Shown: piece by piece, positions 20,819-30,340 of the stretch
Layout: each line of letters opens with the position of its first letter
How positions within the stretch are numbered: position 1 is the stretch's first letter
From: an uncultured cyanobacterium
GTDB taxonomy: Bacteria > Cyanobacteriota > Cyanobacteriia > PCC-9006 > JAAUQQ01
Assembly (NCBI GenBank): GCA_963718615.1
Contig: OY970368.1
Location: 1,888,001 to 1,952,000 of the forward strand
Direction: 5' to 3'
DNA: 64,000 nucleotides
Notes under the pieces: model-generated
What the model was told of the DNA's origin: nothing
Databases searched by the model: none
The model's input: only the letters and a program-made list of their open reading frames with translations
Translations under genes and position numbers: made by a program

Positions 20819-21028
20819 TTACCTCACAGTAGACTTTGAGTGTTGAGTAATGCCCCGAATCATGACTTGAACAAGGTTGGTCACGGAACCCATAAGGGTC
20901 GTAATAAGAATTGTGACAGCTAAAATGATTGCAGTGGGTGACTCACCATGTTCCATAACTGTTTCAGGATTGATTGGTGCAATAGGAGGTGTAGCTTGGC
21001 TCACGGTAGTTGTTTGTTGAGGTTGCAT
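20819..21028 (-). CDS. Small single-TM protein divergent from the NB-ARC gene
   Basis: 69 aa with a hydrophobic segment (PTAIILAVTILITTLMG), followed by a terminator. Confidence 0.65.
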   Translation of the reverse strand: MQPQQTTTVSQATPPIAPINPETVMEHGESPTAIILAVTILITTLMGSVTNLVQVMIRGITQHSKSTVR

Positions 21029-21176
21029 GATTTCTGTTTGATCTCGACAATTTCATCATCAACCTCCCAAAACCCTTACAAGGCTTAGGATTAGCCCAAT
21101 AAAGAGAGCAGATGACATCTAACCTGGAACTGAGCCAAAATTGAACCTGAAAACACTAAAAATGTGATACATCGCA

Positions 21177-22580
21177 ATGGCAACGACGATTAGGGCAACT
21201 CAAGCAGGGCTAACTTATGTGGATCAAATTCGACGAAGAAAAGGCTGGAAGAAAACAGAAGAAGCTTGGTATGGTTTGGCTTACACGTCAGAATCAACTC
21301 TAAAAAGGTTTTGGGCAGGGCAACCAATACAGCAGGACACATTCATTAACATCTGTAAAGCGATCGGTATTGAGGATTGGCAAAAACTTATTGATACGAA
21401 CCCTATCCAGACAAAGACTTCTTACATTAATTTCTCCGTCTACGATGAGGATTGGGTTGGTCGAGAGCCTATCATCGATGAGCTAAGTCAAAAAATTCAC
21501 AGTTCTCATCGAGTACTTTTACTTGTTGGTCTTACAGGTATCGGAAAAACAGCCTTGGCTGAAAAGCTTGTCGAGAAATTACGAGGAGTATGGATAGAGG
21601 ATCGGGAAAACTTTGAAAATCAGGAAAAATCTTCAGACTTTGTTAGCGTTTCTTTCCAGTGGCTTCAGCGTTGGGGAGAGTTCGTTGCTCCAGATCAACG
21701 CCACCCTCAACAGCTACGCCGTAGACTTATAAAGAGGCTATGCGAGAATAAACATCTTATTTTAATGGATTCTTTAGAGTGTCTGCTAACAGGTAATGTA
21801 GATGAGGGATGGGGTGGTTTTGCTGATCCGGAGTGGGCAAACTTTTTCATTCAGTTACTTGCTGAACCCAATTTCTCTAGCCGCTTTATCCTCACATCTC
21901 AGGATCTGCCGACTCAATTTGATACGGCAGAGTTTGATCGATATAAGAATTATTGGCTCTGTAAGCTTTTAAAGGGATTAGACGCTGAAGAACAGATTAA
22001 GTTATTCAAAAAAGTTGATTTAGATGATCGACTAGAAGTAGCTGACAGTCCATTAAGGGTAATTGGACAAGTTTATGATGGTCATCCTCTTGCTTTAAGG
22101 GTTATTGCAGGAGAAATCAAACAGAAATATAACAGCAGGGTTGAAGCATATTGGAAAGATAATGGACTTTACATTGAAAATGTTAAAAGAGATTTAGATT
22201 TAGCCCGTCAATCAGATGCTACAACTGGTGTTGATGATCGATGGAATCTTGATTCCTACACAAGAACTTTGCGGAACTTGGTTAGAGAACGAGTTGAGAG
22301 AACACTTGAGCGCCTTAAGCGTGATGTTCCGGATGCTTATTTATTGCTTTGTGCATCATCAATTTATCGCTGTGAAGTGCAGGAAAACTGGTGGTTGACC
22401 CACCTTGAGTACAGGGGTTACGACAGGCAAAGGCAAAGGAACTCTATGCAGGCTTTGCGAGATCGTTACCTTGTTGAAGATGGAGGCATTGATGAAGAGG
22501 ATGAACGGCTAGTAGGTCAACATAATCTAATCCGAAGTGTTGCAATTTCTCATCGACTGGAATTATTCAGCACAATATAA
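21177..22580 (+). CDS. HTH plus NB-ARC/STAND P-loop ATPase (cassette 2)
   Basis: N-terminal XRE-like HTH (SESTLKRFW.G..I....FI.IC.AIG). WVGRE, Walker A GLTGIGKT, Walker B LILMDSLE and GHPLAL motifs. Confidence 0.85.
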   Translation: MATTIRATQAGLTYVDQIRRRKGWKKTEEAWYGLAYTSESTLKRFWAGQPIQQDTFINICKAIGIEDWQKLIDTNPIQTKTSYINFSVYDEDWVGREPIIDELSQKIHSSHRVLLLVGLTGIGKTALAEKLVEKLRGVWIEDRENFENQEKSSDFVSVSFQWLQRWGEFVAPDQRHPQQLRRRLIKRLCENKHLILMDSLECLLTGNVDEGWGGFADPEWANFFIQLLAEPNFSSRFILTSQDLPTQFDTAEFDRYKNYWLCKLLKGLDAEEQIKLFKKVDLDDRLEVADSPLRVIGQVYDGHPLALRVIAGEIKQKYNSRVEAYWKDNGLYIENVKRDLDLARQSDATTGVDDRWNLDSYTRTLRNLVRERVERTLERLKRDVPDAYLLLCASSIYRCEVQENWWLTHLEYRGYDRQRQRNSMQALRDRYLVEDGGIDEEDERLVGQHNLIRSVAISHRLELFSTI

Positions 22581-22878
22581 TCATCATTTGACAATATGGT
22601 TTCCATCTCATCATCAGATAATGAACTATTGCTCAAGGATCTAGGAATCTGTCCGCAAACCTTGGCTGACAATTGTTCTAGCCAGGAACTTGACAACTAC
22701 ATTGGAATTGTCAATTGGCTTACACGTCGAAAACTCAAACCTGGAAGTTCTGCGCTTGAGAAGACAAAAGGATATAAGGAAGCATTACATCTTTTGTGCG
22801 AACTTCAAGAATGGGAAAAGATACAAATTATTCTTCACAAATCTCTTCCAATCAATTCAAATATTTCACTACCTTTGT

Positions 22879-24262
22879 CAACACTCCGGACAGTTTTTTG
22901 GGGTTAGGTTGGAGAAAAGCTATCCACCGCATAGAGTGCAAGTGTACGAAAAACACGGAGCACCGATGGATAGCCTCAAAAGCATCTTAACCGGTCTGCT
23001 GGGGACAGCAGGCCCTTTAGCAAACCGCAGCGGCAGTTTCTGATGACGCTGATGACCACGATATTCGTGGTCTGTGGCAAGGTCAACTACACGAACCTGA
23101 GTCGGTACAGCGACCGCAGTGAGCGCACCTACCGGCGACATTTTGAGTCGGGACTGGGCCTGGAAGGCTTGAACCAAGCCTTAATTGAGCAGGTCACGGC
23201 GGACGGCAGCCCCCAGATTGCGGTGGTGGATTGCACCTTTACCGAGAAAAGTGGACGCCACACCTATGGGCTGGACGGGTTCTACAACGGGAAAACGCAG
23301 CGGGCCGAGCGAGGGTTGGAATGGTCGGTGGTAGCGATAGTCGATCTAGTTCAGAAGACGGGCTATGCCCTCTCGGCGCAACAAACCGAAGCGGGACTCG
23401 GATCCCAGGAACCGCCTACGGATGAGGAAACGACACCCCCCAAGAGCCGAGTCGACTTTTATCTGGGGCATTTGGCTTATTGCGTCGCCTTCTTTCCCGC
23501 CGCGATCCGCTATGTGGTTGCCGATGGCTTCTACAGCAAGTACAAATGGGTGAGCGGGGTGGTGCAGTTGGGCTTCCACGCCATTGGGCGGCTCCGCAGC
23601 GATGCCAACCTCAAATTTCTCTATGATGGCCCCCAGAAGCGGCGGGGCAACCGTCGTCGCTATGACGGCAAGGTAGATCTGAGCGACCCCAGTCGCTTCA
23701 CCTTCGTCGAGACCCTAGAGGACGGGGTGTCCCTCTACACCGCCGTCGTCTGGTCGGTCAGCCTCAAACGCCGCATTCGCCTCGCTTATCTACGGAAAGC
23801 CCAGGACGGGGCGTCGCGCTATGTCGTCCTCTTTTCCTCGGATACGGATATCGACCCGTTGCACCTCTATCGAGGCTACGCCGCCCGCTTTCAAATTGAA
23901 TTCATCTTCCGGGATGCCCGCCAATTTACGGGGTTAGCCGATTGCCAAGCCCGTTCCCCTGAAGCCCTTGACTCCCATGTCAATGCCAGTCTGATGGCCC
24001 TGTCGTTGGCCAAAGCCGCACTGCTCTCCACTCAAGCTAAGACTGAGGCTGAGGCTGAGGCTGAGGCTGAATCCCCCAGTTTCTCTATCGCTTCCTTCAA
24101 ACGACAGGCCCTCAATCAGCATCTTCTCGACCTATTTACCACCATGTTCGACCTGGAGCCAACTTTGATTCAATCCCACCCCAACTACCAGACCCTCCTG
24201 AATTACGGGACTATAGCCGCCTAAGCTGGGGCCACAGCCGCCTAAATCTGTCCGGAGTGTTG
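22879..24262 (+). mobile_element. IS701-like insertion sequence, copy 1
   Basis: 15-bp terminal inverted repeats CAACACTCCGGACAG / CTGTCCGGAGTGTTG around a DDE transposase. Confidence 0.9.
22966..24224 (+). CDS. IS701-like DDE transposase, copy 1 (main ORF 23043-24224; N-terminus needs a -1 frameshift)
   Basis: Motifs VVDCTF..KSG, VVADGFY and Y.ARFQIEFIFRDARQ..GL.DCQAR. Upstream ATG at 22966 and slippery heptamer CCCTTTA at 23013. Confidence 0.85.
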
Positions 24263-24330
24263 AATTTAGTTGGATGAGGTTTAAAACATTGCCGCGATCG
24301 CCCAGCGATTCAGATAGAAATAGGGCAGAA

Positions 24331-24714
24331 TTAATAGCCCACATCTTTGATGAAACCAGCTACTCTTTCCACTATCGCAGCTGCCTGATTTGGTTGTAAT
24401 CCCTCAGTATGGTAACCGATCACTATCGCTGTTCCTGTTTTATAGGCAATGATACCAGCATTCTGCTTTATGCCCACGAGACATTTCTCATCACATTGCT
24501 TCCTTAAGAATTTAATGCCATTCATAGTGAAGTTATAACCACCGATGGTGGCATTTGTAAAAAAATTGGCTAAAAGCTGTGATTCTGACGAAGAAATGGT
24601 GAACCCAGGACTAGCCGCCCAAACCGTTCCATCAGCTCCAGTAATAGCTGCTCCTGAAAGTCCTGCCCCTACAAGATCATTCACATATAGTTGCCAACCT
24701 GTCATATTTGACAT
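24331..24714 (-). CDS. Profilin (eukaryote-like actin/poly-proline-binding protein)
   Basis: Collinear with the profilin signature: WQ.YV..LVG.G...AAI.G.DG.VWA.S.GF ... G.I..KT..AIVIG...E..QP..AA..VE.....I...GY. A Shine-Dalgarno-like AGGTG lies 6 nt before the ATG at 24714. Confidence 0.9.
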   Translation of the reverse strand: MSNMTGWQLYVNDLVGAGLSGAAITGADGTVWAASPGFTISSSESQLLANFFTNATIGGYNFTMNGIKFLRKQCDEKCLVGIKQNAGIIAYKTGTAIVIGYHTEGLQPNQAAAIVERVAGFIKDVGY

Positions 24715-24780
24715 ATGGTTCACCTACCTATTCAAATGTAAATTAAGCTGTTAGTCATCTAAATCGCATATAATACATTA

Positions 24781-26164
24781 CAACACTCCGGACAGTTTTT
24801 TGGGGTTAGGTTGGAGAAAAGCTATCCACCGCATAGAGTGCAAGTGTACGAAAAACACGGAGCACCGATGGATAGCCTCAAAAGCATCTTAACCGGTCTG
24901 CTGGGGACAGCAGGCCCTTTAGCAAACCGCAGCGGCAGTTTCTGATGACGCTGATGACCACGATATTCGTGGTCTGTGGCAAGGTCAACTACACGAACCT
25001 GAGTCGGTACAGCGACCGCAGTGAGCGCACCTACCGGCGACATTTTGAGTCGGGACTGGGCCTGGAAGGCTTGAACCAAGCCTTAATTGAGCAGGTCACG
25101 GCGGACGGCAGCCCCCAGATTGCGGTGGTGGATTGCACCTTTACCGAGAAAAGTGGACGCCACACCTATGGGCTGGACGGGTTCTACAACGGGAAAACGC
25201 AGCGGGCCGAGCGAGGGTTGGAATGGTCGGTGGTAGCGATAGTCGATCTAGTTCAGAAGACGGGCTATGCCCTCTCGGCGCAACAAACCGAAGCGGGACT
25301 CGGATCCCAGGAACCGCCTACGGATGAGGAAACGACACCCCCCAAGAGCCGAGTCGACTTTTATCTGGGGCATTTGGCTTATTGCGTCGCCTTCTTTCCC
25401 GCCGCGATCCGCTATGTGGTTGCCGATGGCTTCTACAGCAAGTACAAATGGGTGAGCGGGGTGGTGCAGTTGGGCTTCCACGCCATTGGGCGGCTCCGCA
25501 GCGATGCCAACCTCAAATTTCTCTATGATGGCCCCCAGAAGCGGCGGGGCAACCGTCGTCGCTATGACGGCAAGGTAGATCTGAGCGACCCCAGTCGCTT
25601 CACCTTCGTCGAGACCCTAGAGGACGGGGTGTCCCTCTACACCGCCGTCGTCTGGTCGGTCAGCCTCAAACGCCGCATTCGCCTCGCTTATCTACGGAAA
25701 GCCCAGGACGGGGCGTCGCGCTATGTCGTCCTCTTTTCCTCGGATACGGATATCGACCCGTTGCACCTCTATCGAGGCTACGCCGCCCGCTTTCAAATTG
25801 AATTCATCTTCCGGGATGCCCGCCAATTTACGGGGTTAGCCGATTGCCAAGCCCGTTCCCCTGAAGCCCTTGACTCCCATGTCAATGCCAGTCTGATGGC
25901 CCTGTCGTTGGCCAAAGCCGCACTGCTCTCCACTCAAGCTAAGACTGAGGCTGAGGCTGAGGCTGAGGCTGAATCCCCCAGTTTCTCTATCGCTTCCTTC
26001 AAACGACAGGCCCTCAATCAGCATCTTCTCGACCTATTTACCACCATGTTCGACCTGGAGCCAACTTTGATTCAATCCCACCCCAACTACCAGACCCTCC
26101 TGAATTACGGGACTATAGCCGCCTAAGCTGGGGCCACAGCCGCCTAAATCTGTCCGGAGTGTTG
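24781..26164 (+). mobile_element. IS701-like insertion sequence, copy 2
   Basis: Same terminal inverted repeats and identical translated ORFs as copy 1 (offset 1902 bp). Confidence 0.9.
24868..26126 (+). CDS. IS701-like DDE transposase, copy 2 (main ORF 24945-26126)
   Basis: Protein identical to copy 1. Confidence 0.85.
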
Positions 26165-27603
26165 TTTGTATGAGTATCTTTTATTTAATGAGCTTTCGAG
26201 GGAATTACTAGCAATTTCACAGGAAATTCTCACTTCATTAGAAGGTTATGAACATGACTTGACATTTGTTGAGTTGTTGAAAGCAAGAGCCATGTCAGCG
26301 ACGAATAATCAACTAGAAGAAGCAAGAGTGCTACTAGAAGAGCTATTCAATAAATCGCTATCAGGTACAGAGATACATATTGAGTCTTTGGCATACCTTG
26401 GAATGCGGCAAGTTAACTCAGGCTCATATAAAGAAGGGATAGAAAATTTAAATTCTGCTCTGCTTAAAGCTGACAAAAGCGATTTTGTAGATACCGCAAA
26501 AATCAAGGAGCTAAAAACAGATATCTTAGAGAATTTAGCTTTTTTTGAAATGAATGCTAGTCATTTTCAAGATGCAATGAGATTATATAGTGAGGTCATT
26601 TCTTTAAGAGAGGAGCTAGGACTTTTTCATAAGATTGTAGGTCCTCTTGCTCATCAAGGAATCATCGCAAGAAAAATTGGGGACTATGAACAGGCAAGAA
26701 CTTTTTTAGAAAAAGCAAAAAAGCAAGCAACTGAAATTGAAAGTGAAAGTCAAGTAGTTTGGGTTAGCCATCACTTAGCATATGTTCTTCTGAATCAAGG
26801 TAATCCAGATCTGGCAGAAGATCTGTGCAAGTTCTCAATTAATGGATATCAGAAATTTGATAATCAGTGGGGACTGTCAGACTGTTATGAACAAATGGGA
26901 CTTATTTGCTTAGCTCAAAGAAATTTTGATCAAGCCGAAAACCATTTTCAACGTTCACTGAATACTAGAAAGATGATAGGTAATCGTCACGGAACTGCAA
27001 GCTCGACATTAGATTTGGCATTAGCATTCTGGAATAAACGTAATTTCTTGAAGGCTATTTTTTATTTGCTAAAAGGGTTTTATCTTTACTACAACCTTGG
27101 CATTCTAAATCGAACAAGATTCCGCAGAATGTTAAAATTAGCCTTGGTCTGGACTTTTGGTAATAAAAAGTGGACTATGTGAGATAGTAATCATGAATGT
27201 AGGAATTATATGTGGTTATGGGGTTTCATTAGAAAATGACCTAGAAATTTATGCAGATTCTATCTCACTCTTTTTGTCTTCTAGTGATATAGATAAGCTA
27301 ATTCTTTGTGGAGGATATACTGTAGAAAATTCGCCCCATTCAGAAGCAGGTCTAATGCGGAAGCTTCTCCAGCAGAGGGAAGTTGATCAGGAGTTTATCC
27401 TTGAAGAGGCTTCTGTTACTTCCCTGCATAATCTTTTATTTGCAAAGGAAATTTTAGAAAATCTTGCTTATCCTTTTCAAAGAATCTATATATTTTGTGA
27501 CTCAGTGAGAAGCTTTAAAGTCTTCTGTTTGTCAAGAATTATTTTTAGTAATTACTCCGTGACAATCATATCTTTTGGTCGCAAAGAATTTGCTTTAATG
27601 TAT

Positions 27604-28690
27604 CGCCGATTCTAGAATGAAGTGCATCACCTAGAAGCGTCCCGTAGAGGGGCTCATAGGATAGTCTGATGTTTACCACAACAAAAAGACACCCTATGAG
27701 CTATACCCAGCTTAGCGCTTCTGAACGGCATCAAGTTTATGAATTGAGAACGACAACAGCATTGTCTATGCGGGCTATTGCCCGTCAACTCGGACGAGCT
27801 CAGAGCACAGTATCGCGAGAGCTCGCCCGCAATAGAAGCGAGGGAGGCCATTACTTACCCGACAGCGCCCAGCAAAAAATGCAGGTTCGGCGACAGCAAT
27901 CCAAGACAGCGTTTAATTGTGTATCAGAGATCTGTGTTTTCGAGATCAAAGAGCGTTTGAAGCAGTACCACAGTCCAGAGCAAATCGCTGGGCGACTGAA
28001 GCGAGAAGGACGGGCGCAAATCAGTCATGAAACGATTTATCAGATGATCTATGCCGACCATGAAGGCTTAAAGGACTACCAGAAGGTATTTACGGCAGGG
28101 ACGAGGCAAGCGTCGTAGGCGAGGGGGCTGTAACTCAAAGCGAGGGAAGATTCCAGGGCGCGTAGGGATAGAGCATCGACCCGCGATAGCGGATGCCAAG
28201 ACTGAAATCGGTCATTGGGAAAGTGACACGATGATTGGGGGAAATCATCACGGCGTAATTGTGACCCACGTGGACAAAGCATCGAAGTTTCTAGTAGCCA
28301 ATCTAGGTGAAAACAAAACGTCTTCTGAAGTCAACAAGGTGACCATTAGGCTCTTTAGCCAGATTCCAAAGGCTCAACGAAAAACGATGACATTTGACAA
28401 TGGCAAAGAGTTTAGTGGCCATGAAGAATTGAGTAAGGAGTTAGGACTACAGTGTTACTTTGCCAACCCTTATCATTCCTGGGAGCGAGGACTAAATGAA
28501 CATACGAATGGATTGTTGAGGCAGTTTTTTCCAAAGCAGACAAATTTCAAAATTGTGAAGCCAGAGGCATTAGAAGAAGCAGTCATGCTGATTAACAAAA
28601 GACCTAGGAAATCGCTTGACTACAAAACGCCATTTGAAGTATTCTATTCAGATAAATCAGGCACTGATGCACTTCAAATTTGAATTGGCG
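27604..28690 (+). mobile_element. IS30-family insertion sequence
   Basis: 26-bp imperfect terminal inverted repeats (CGCCGATTCTAGAATGAAGTGCATCA / TGATGCACTTCAAATTTGAATTGGCG). 3-bp TSD TAT. Confidence 0.92.
27696..28683 (+). pseudogene. IS30 transposase, frameshifted near 28085
   Basis: The HTH and SPEQIAGRL..SHETIY motifs are in one frame. GHWESDT, TFDNGKEF and SWERGLNEHTNGLLRQFFPK are in another, after an extra G in AAGGTATTT. Confidence 0.85.
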
Positions 28691-28857
28691 TATTTAGTAC
28701 AAATTCCATCTACAGTAATTCAAGCATTAGGTGCCATTTTTCCTGGGCTAAGTGATACGCTTTCTAGTACTAGAAGTAGATGGAATAGAGTTATGGATAA
28801 AGTCTTGGGACGCTCAAGTAGATAATCAAATTTGAGATTGGTTGTGTTGCGCCAGCC

Positions 28858-28944
28858 AGCTAACAAGTCGCTGCACCGGAACGCCGAAAGCTAGTCGGTT
28901 GAGTTGCCAAGGTTATCTGCGTCCGGTGAGCTTGGTCGTTAGAC
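28858..28944 (+). other. attC site 2
   Basis: AGCTAAC-aagtc-GCTGCACCGGA...TCCGGTGAGC-ttggtc-GTTAGAC with canonical 5/6-bp spacers. Confidence 0.93.
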
Positions 28945-29023
28945 AGACTGAAACTTGAAATATTGTCAGATTGAATGCACGATTGAGTGCTAGGCTGAGT
29001 TGCTTTAGTTTAGAGAGGTTCTA

Positions 29024-30073
29024 ATGAATAAAAGTTACGTTATATGGAACAACAAAGGAGGTGTTGGTAAGAGCACCATTACTTTCCATATTGCATCTAT
29101 GTACGCCGAGAAACATAGCGATCGGAATGTAGTGGTTATAGATATGTGTCCACAAGCAAACTCGTCAATGATGCTGATGGGGGGCGGGACTGGCGCGGAA
29201 TCTCGTCTACAAGAGCTAATTGTTGGGGATGTCCCTAAAACTGTTGTGGGTTACTTGACAGACAGCGTACTGAAAAATGACACCACAGATGTGAATAAAT
29301 ATCTGCTTCAATTGCAGGAAAATAATCCAAGGCTGCCGCCAAATCTCTTTCTTATGTCTGGTGACGGAAATCTGGAGCTAATTGCTCCCTTGTTGGCAGA
29401 AAGAGCTGATGCAACACCATTATCCAGCACGGATTCGCCTTGGGTTGAGATACACTCAATCATTAAAAGATTTACAGAGCGTACTATATTCGATAAGCCG
29501 ACAACATTTTTTATCGATACCAACCCCAGCTTCTCAATCTACACGCAAATTGCAATTTTGTCAGGGCAAAAGTTATTGGTTCCTATCAATGCTGATGACT
29601 CGTCAATTTACGCGATATCAGGATTGTTCAATTTAATATGGGGCACAGAGAAAACGCATCCAGTCTACGGAAAGTATACTTTTGCCGCTAAAGTTGATAC
29701 TTTCGGAATGGAAAGACCGAAAATTGCACTTTTACTAGGCAATAGGTTTACTCAGAAGATAGGCGCAGCGCAGGCTTTCAAGGCACTGTCAAATGAAGCA
29801 GTGCGGAAAATGTTTGAGGAGTATGAAAATAACAAATCTCGTTTTGTTGATGGAGAGCAACATAGCTACTCTCGAAGTGAATTTGAAGATGTCTACAGTT
29901 GTGAATTGAGAGATTTTAATAGTGCTGGCGTTGTAGCAGCAAATCAAGGGTTGCCACTGAGCCAAATGCTGGAACAGCGCCGTTACATGGTGTATGGTGA
30001 GGAAATTCAGGTTTCTCAAGAGCAAAGGAATAAGTGTCATGAAGTAATTGAGACGCTTGTTGGAAGGCTATGA
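29024..30073 (+). CDS. Orphan ParA/Soj-family ATPase (cassette 3)
   Basis: Deviant Walker A NNKGGVGKST, plus IDMCPQAN and FIDTNPS. Confidence 0.9.
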   Translation: MNKSYVIWNNKGGVGKSTITFHIASMYAEKHSDRNVVVIDMCPQANSSMMLMGGGTGAESRLQELIVGDVPKTVVGYLTDSVLKNDTTDVNKYLLQLQENNPRLPPNLFLMSGDGNLELIAPLLAERADATPLSSTDSPWVEIHSIIKRFTERTIFDKPTTFFIDTNPSFSIYTQIAILSGQKLLVPINADDSSIYAISGLFNLIWGTEKTHPVYGKYTFAAKVDTFGMERPKIALLLGNRFTQKIGAAQAFKALSNEAVRKMFEEYENNKSRFVDGEQHSYSRSEFEDVYSCELRDFNSAGVVAANQGLPLSQMLEQRRYMVYGEEIQVSQEQRNKCHEVIETLVGRL

Positions 30074-30340
30074 GCATCTGCAAAGGTTGCCCCAGAAGAT
30101 AATTCTGGACATCTACTGAGGCTAAGTCTGTCTAACATAGGCCCTGAGGCGGACGGAGTCAATGGCGAACACTAAATATTCTGCTCTGATTGAAAAAGGA
30201 CGGTTATTTAATCAGGACAAATCGACCTGATATTGAGCTTTGAATTGCTCAGATAATCTCATTATCAGATTATTTGTATTTGATGATGTGTTGCTAATTG
30301 ATGTGCTTGAAATCAACTAAAAAACTGCAATCAAGAGATG

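Larger units (their letters stand above)
22879..26164 (+). mobile_element. Composite transposon: IS - profilin - IS
   Basis: Two direct-orientation, apparently identical 1384-bp IS copies enclose 518 bp of cargo. The TSD TTTGT at 22874-22878 and 26165-26169 flanks the whole unit. Confidence 0.93.
22596..27182 (+). pseudogene. TPR protein split by the composite transposon (fragments 22596-22878 and 26170-27182)
   Basis: Removing 22879-26169 restores one frame (...NISLPL-YEYLLFNEL...) of ~431 aa with TPR repeats. Confidence 0.88.
27193..28825 (+). pseudogene. YdcF/DUF218 protein split by IS30 (fragments 27193-27603 and 28694-28825)
   Basis: Motifs LILCGGYT...SEA..M and ILEE.S.TSLHNL. Removing the IS plus one TAT copy restores a ~180-aa frame (...ALMY-LVQIPST...). 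Confidence 0.82.

Noticed and set aside
21110-21150. AACCTG/GAACTG repeats in the divergent promoter as an HTH operator
   Set aside because: The repeats are too short and irregular to support.
24044-24070. GAGGCT hexamer repeat (AEAEAE) in the transposase
   Set aside because: It is an in-frame microsatellite with the same length in both copies, giving no evidence of phase variation.
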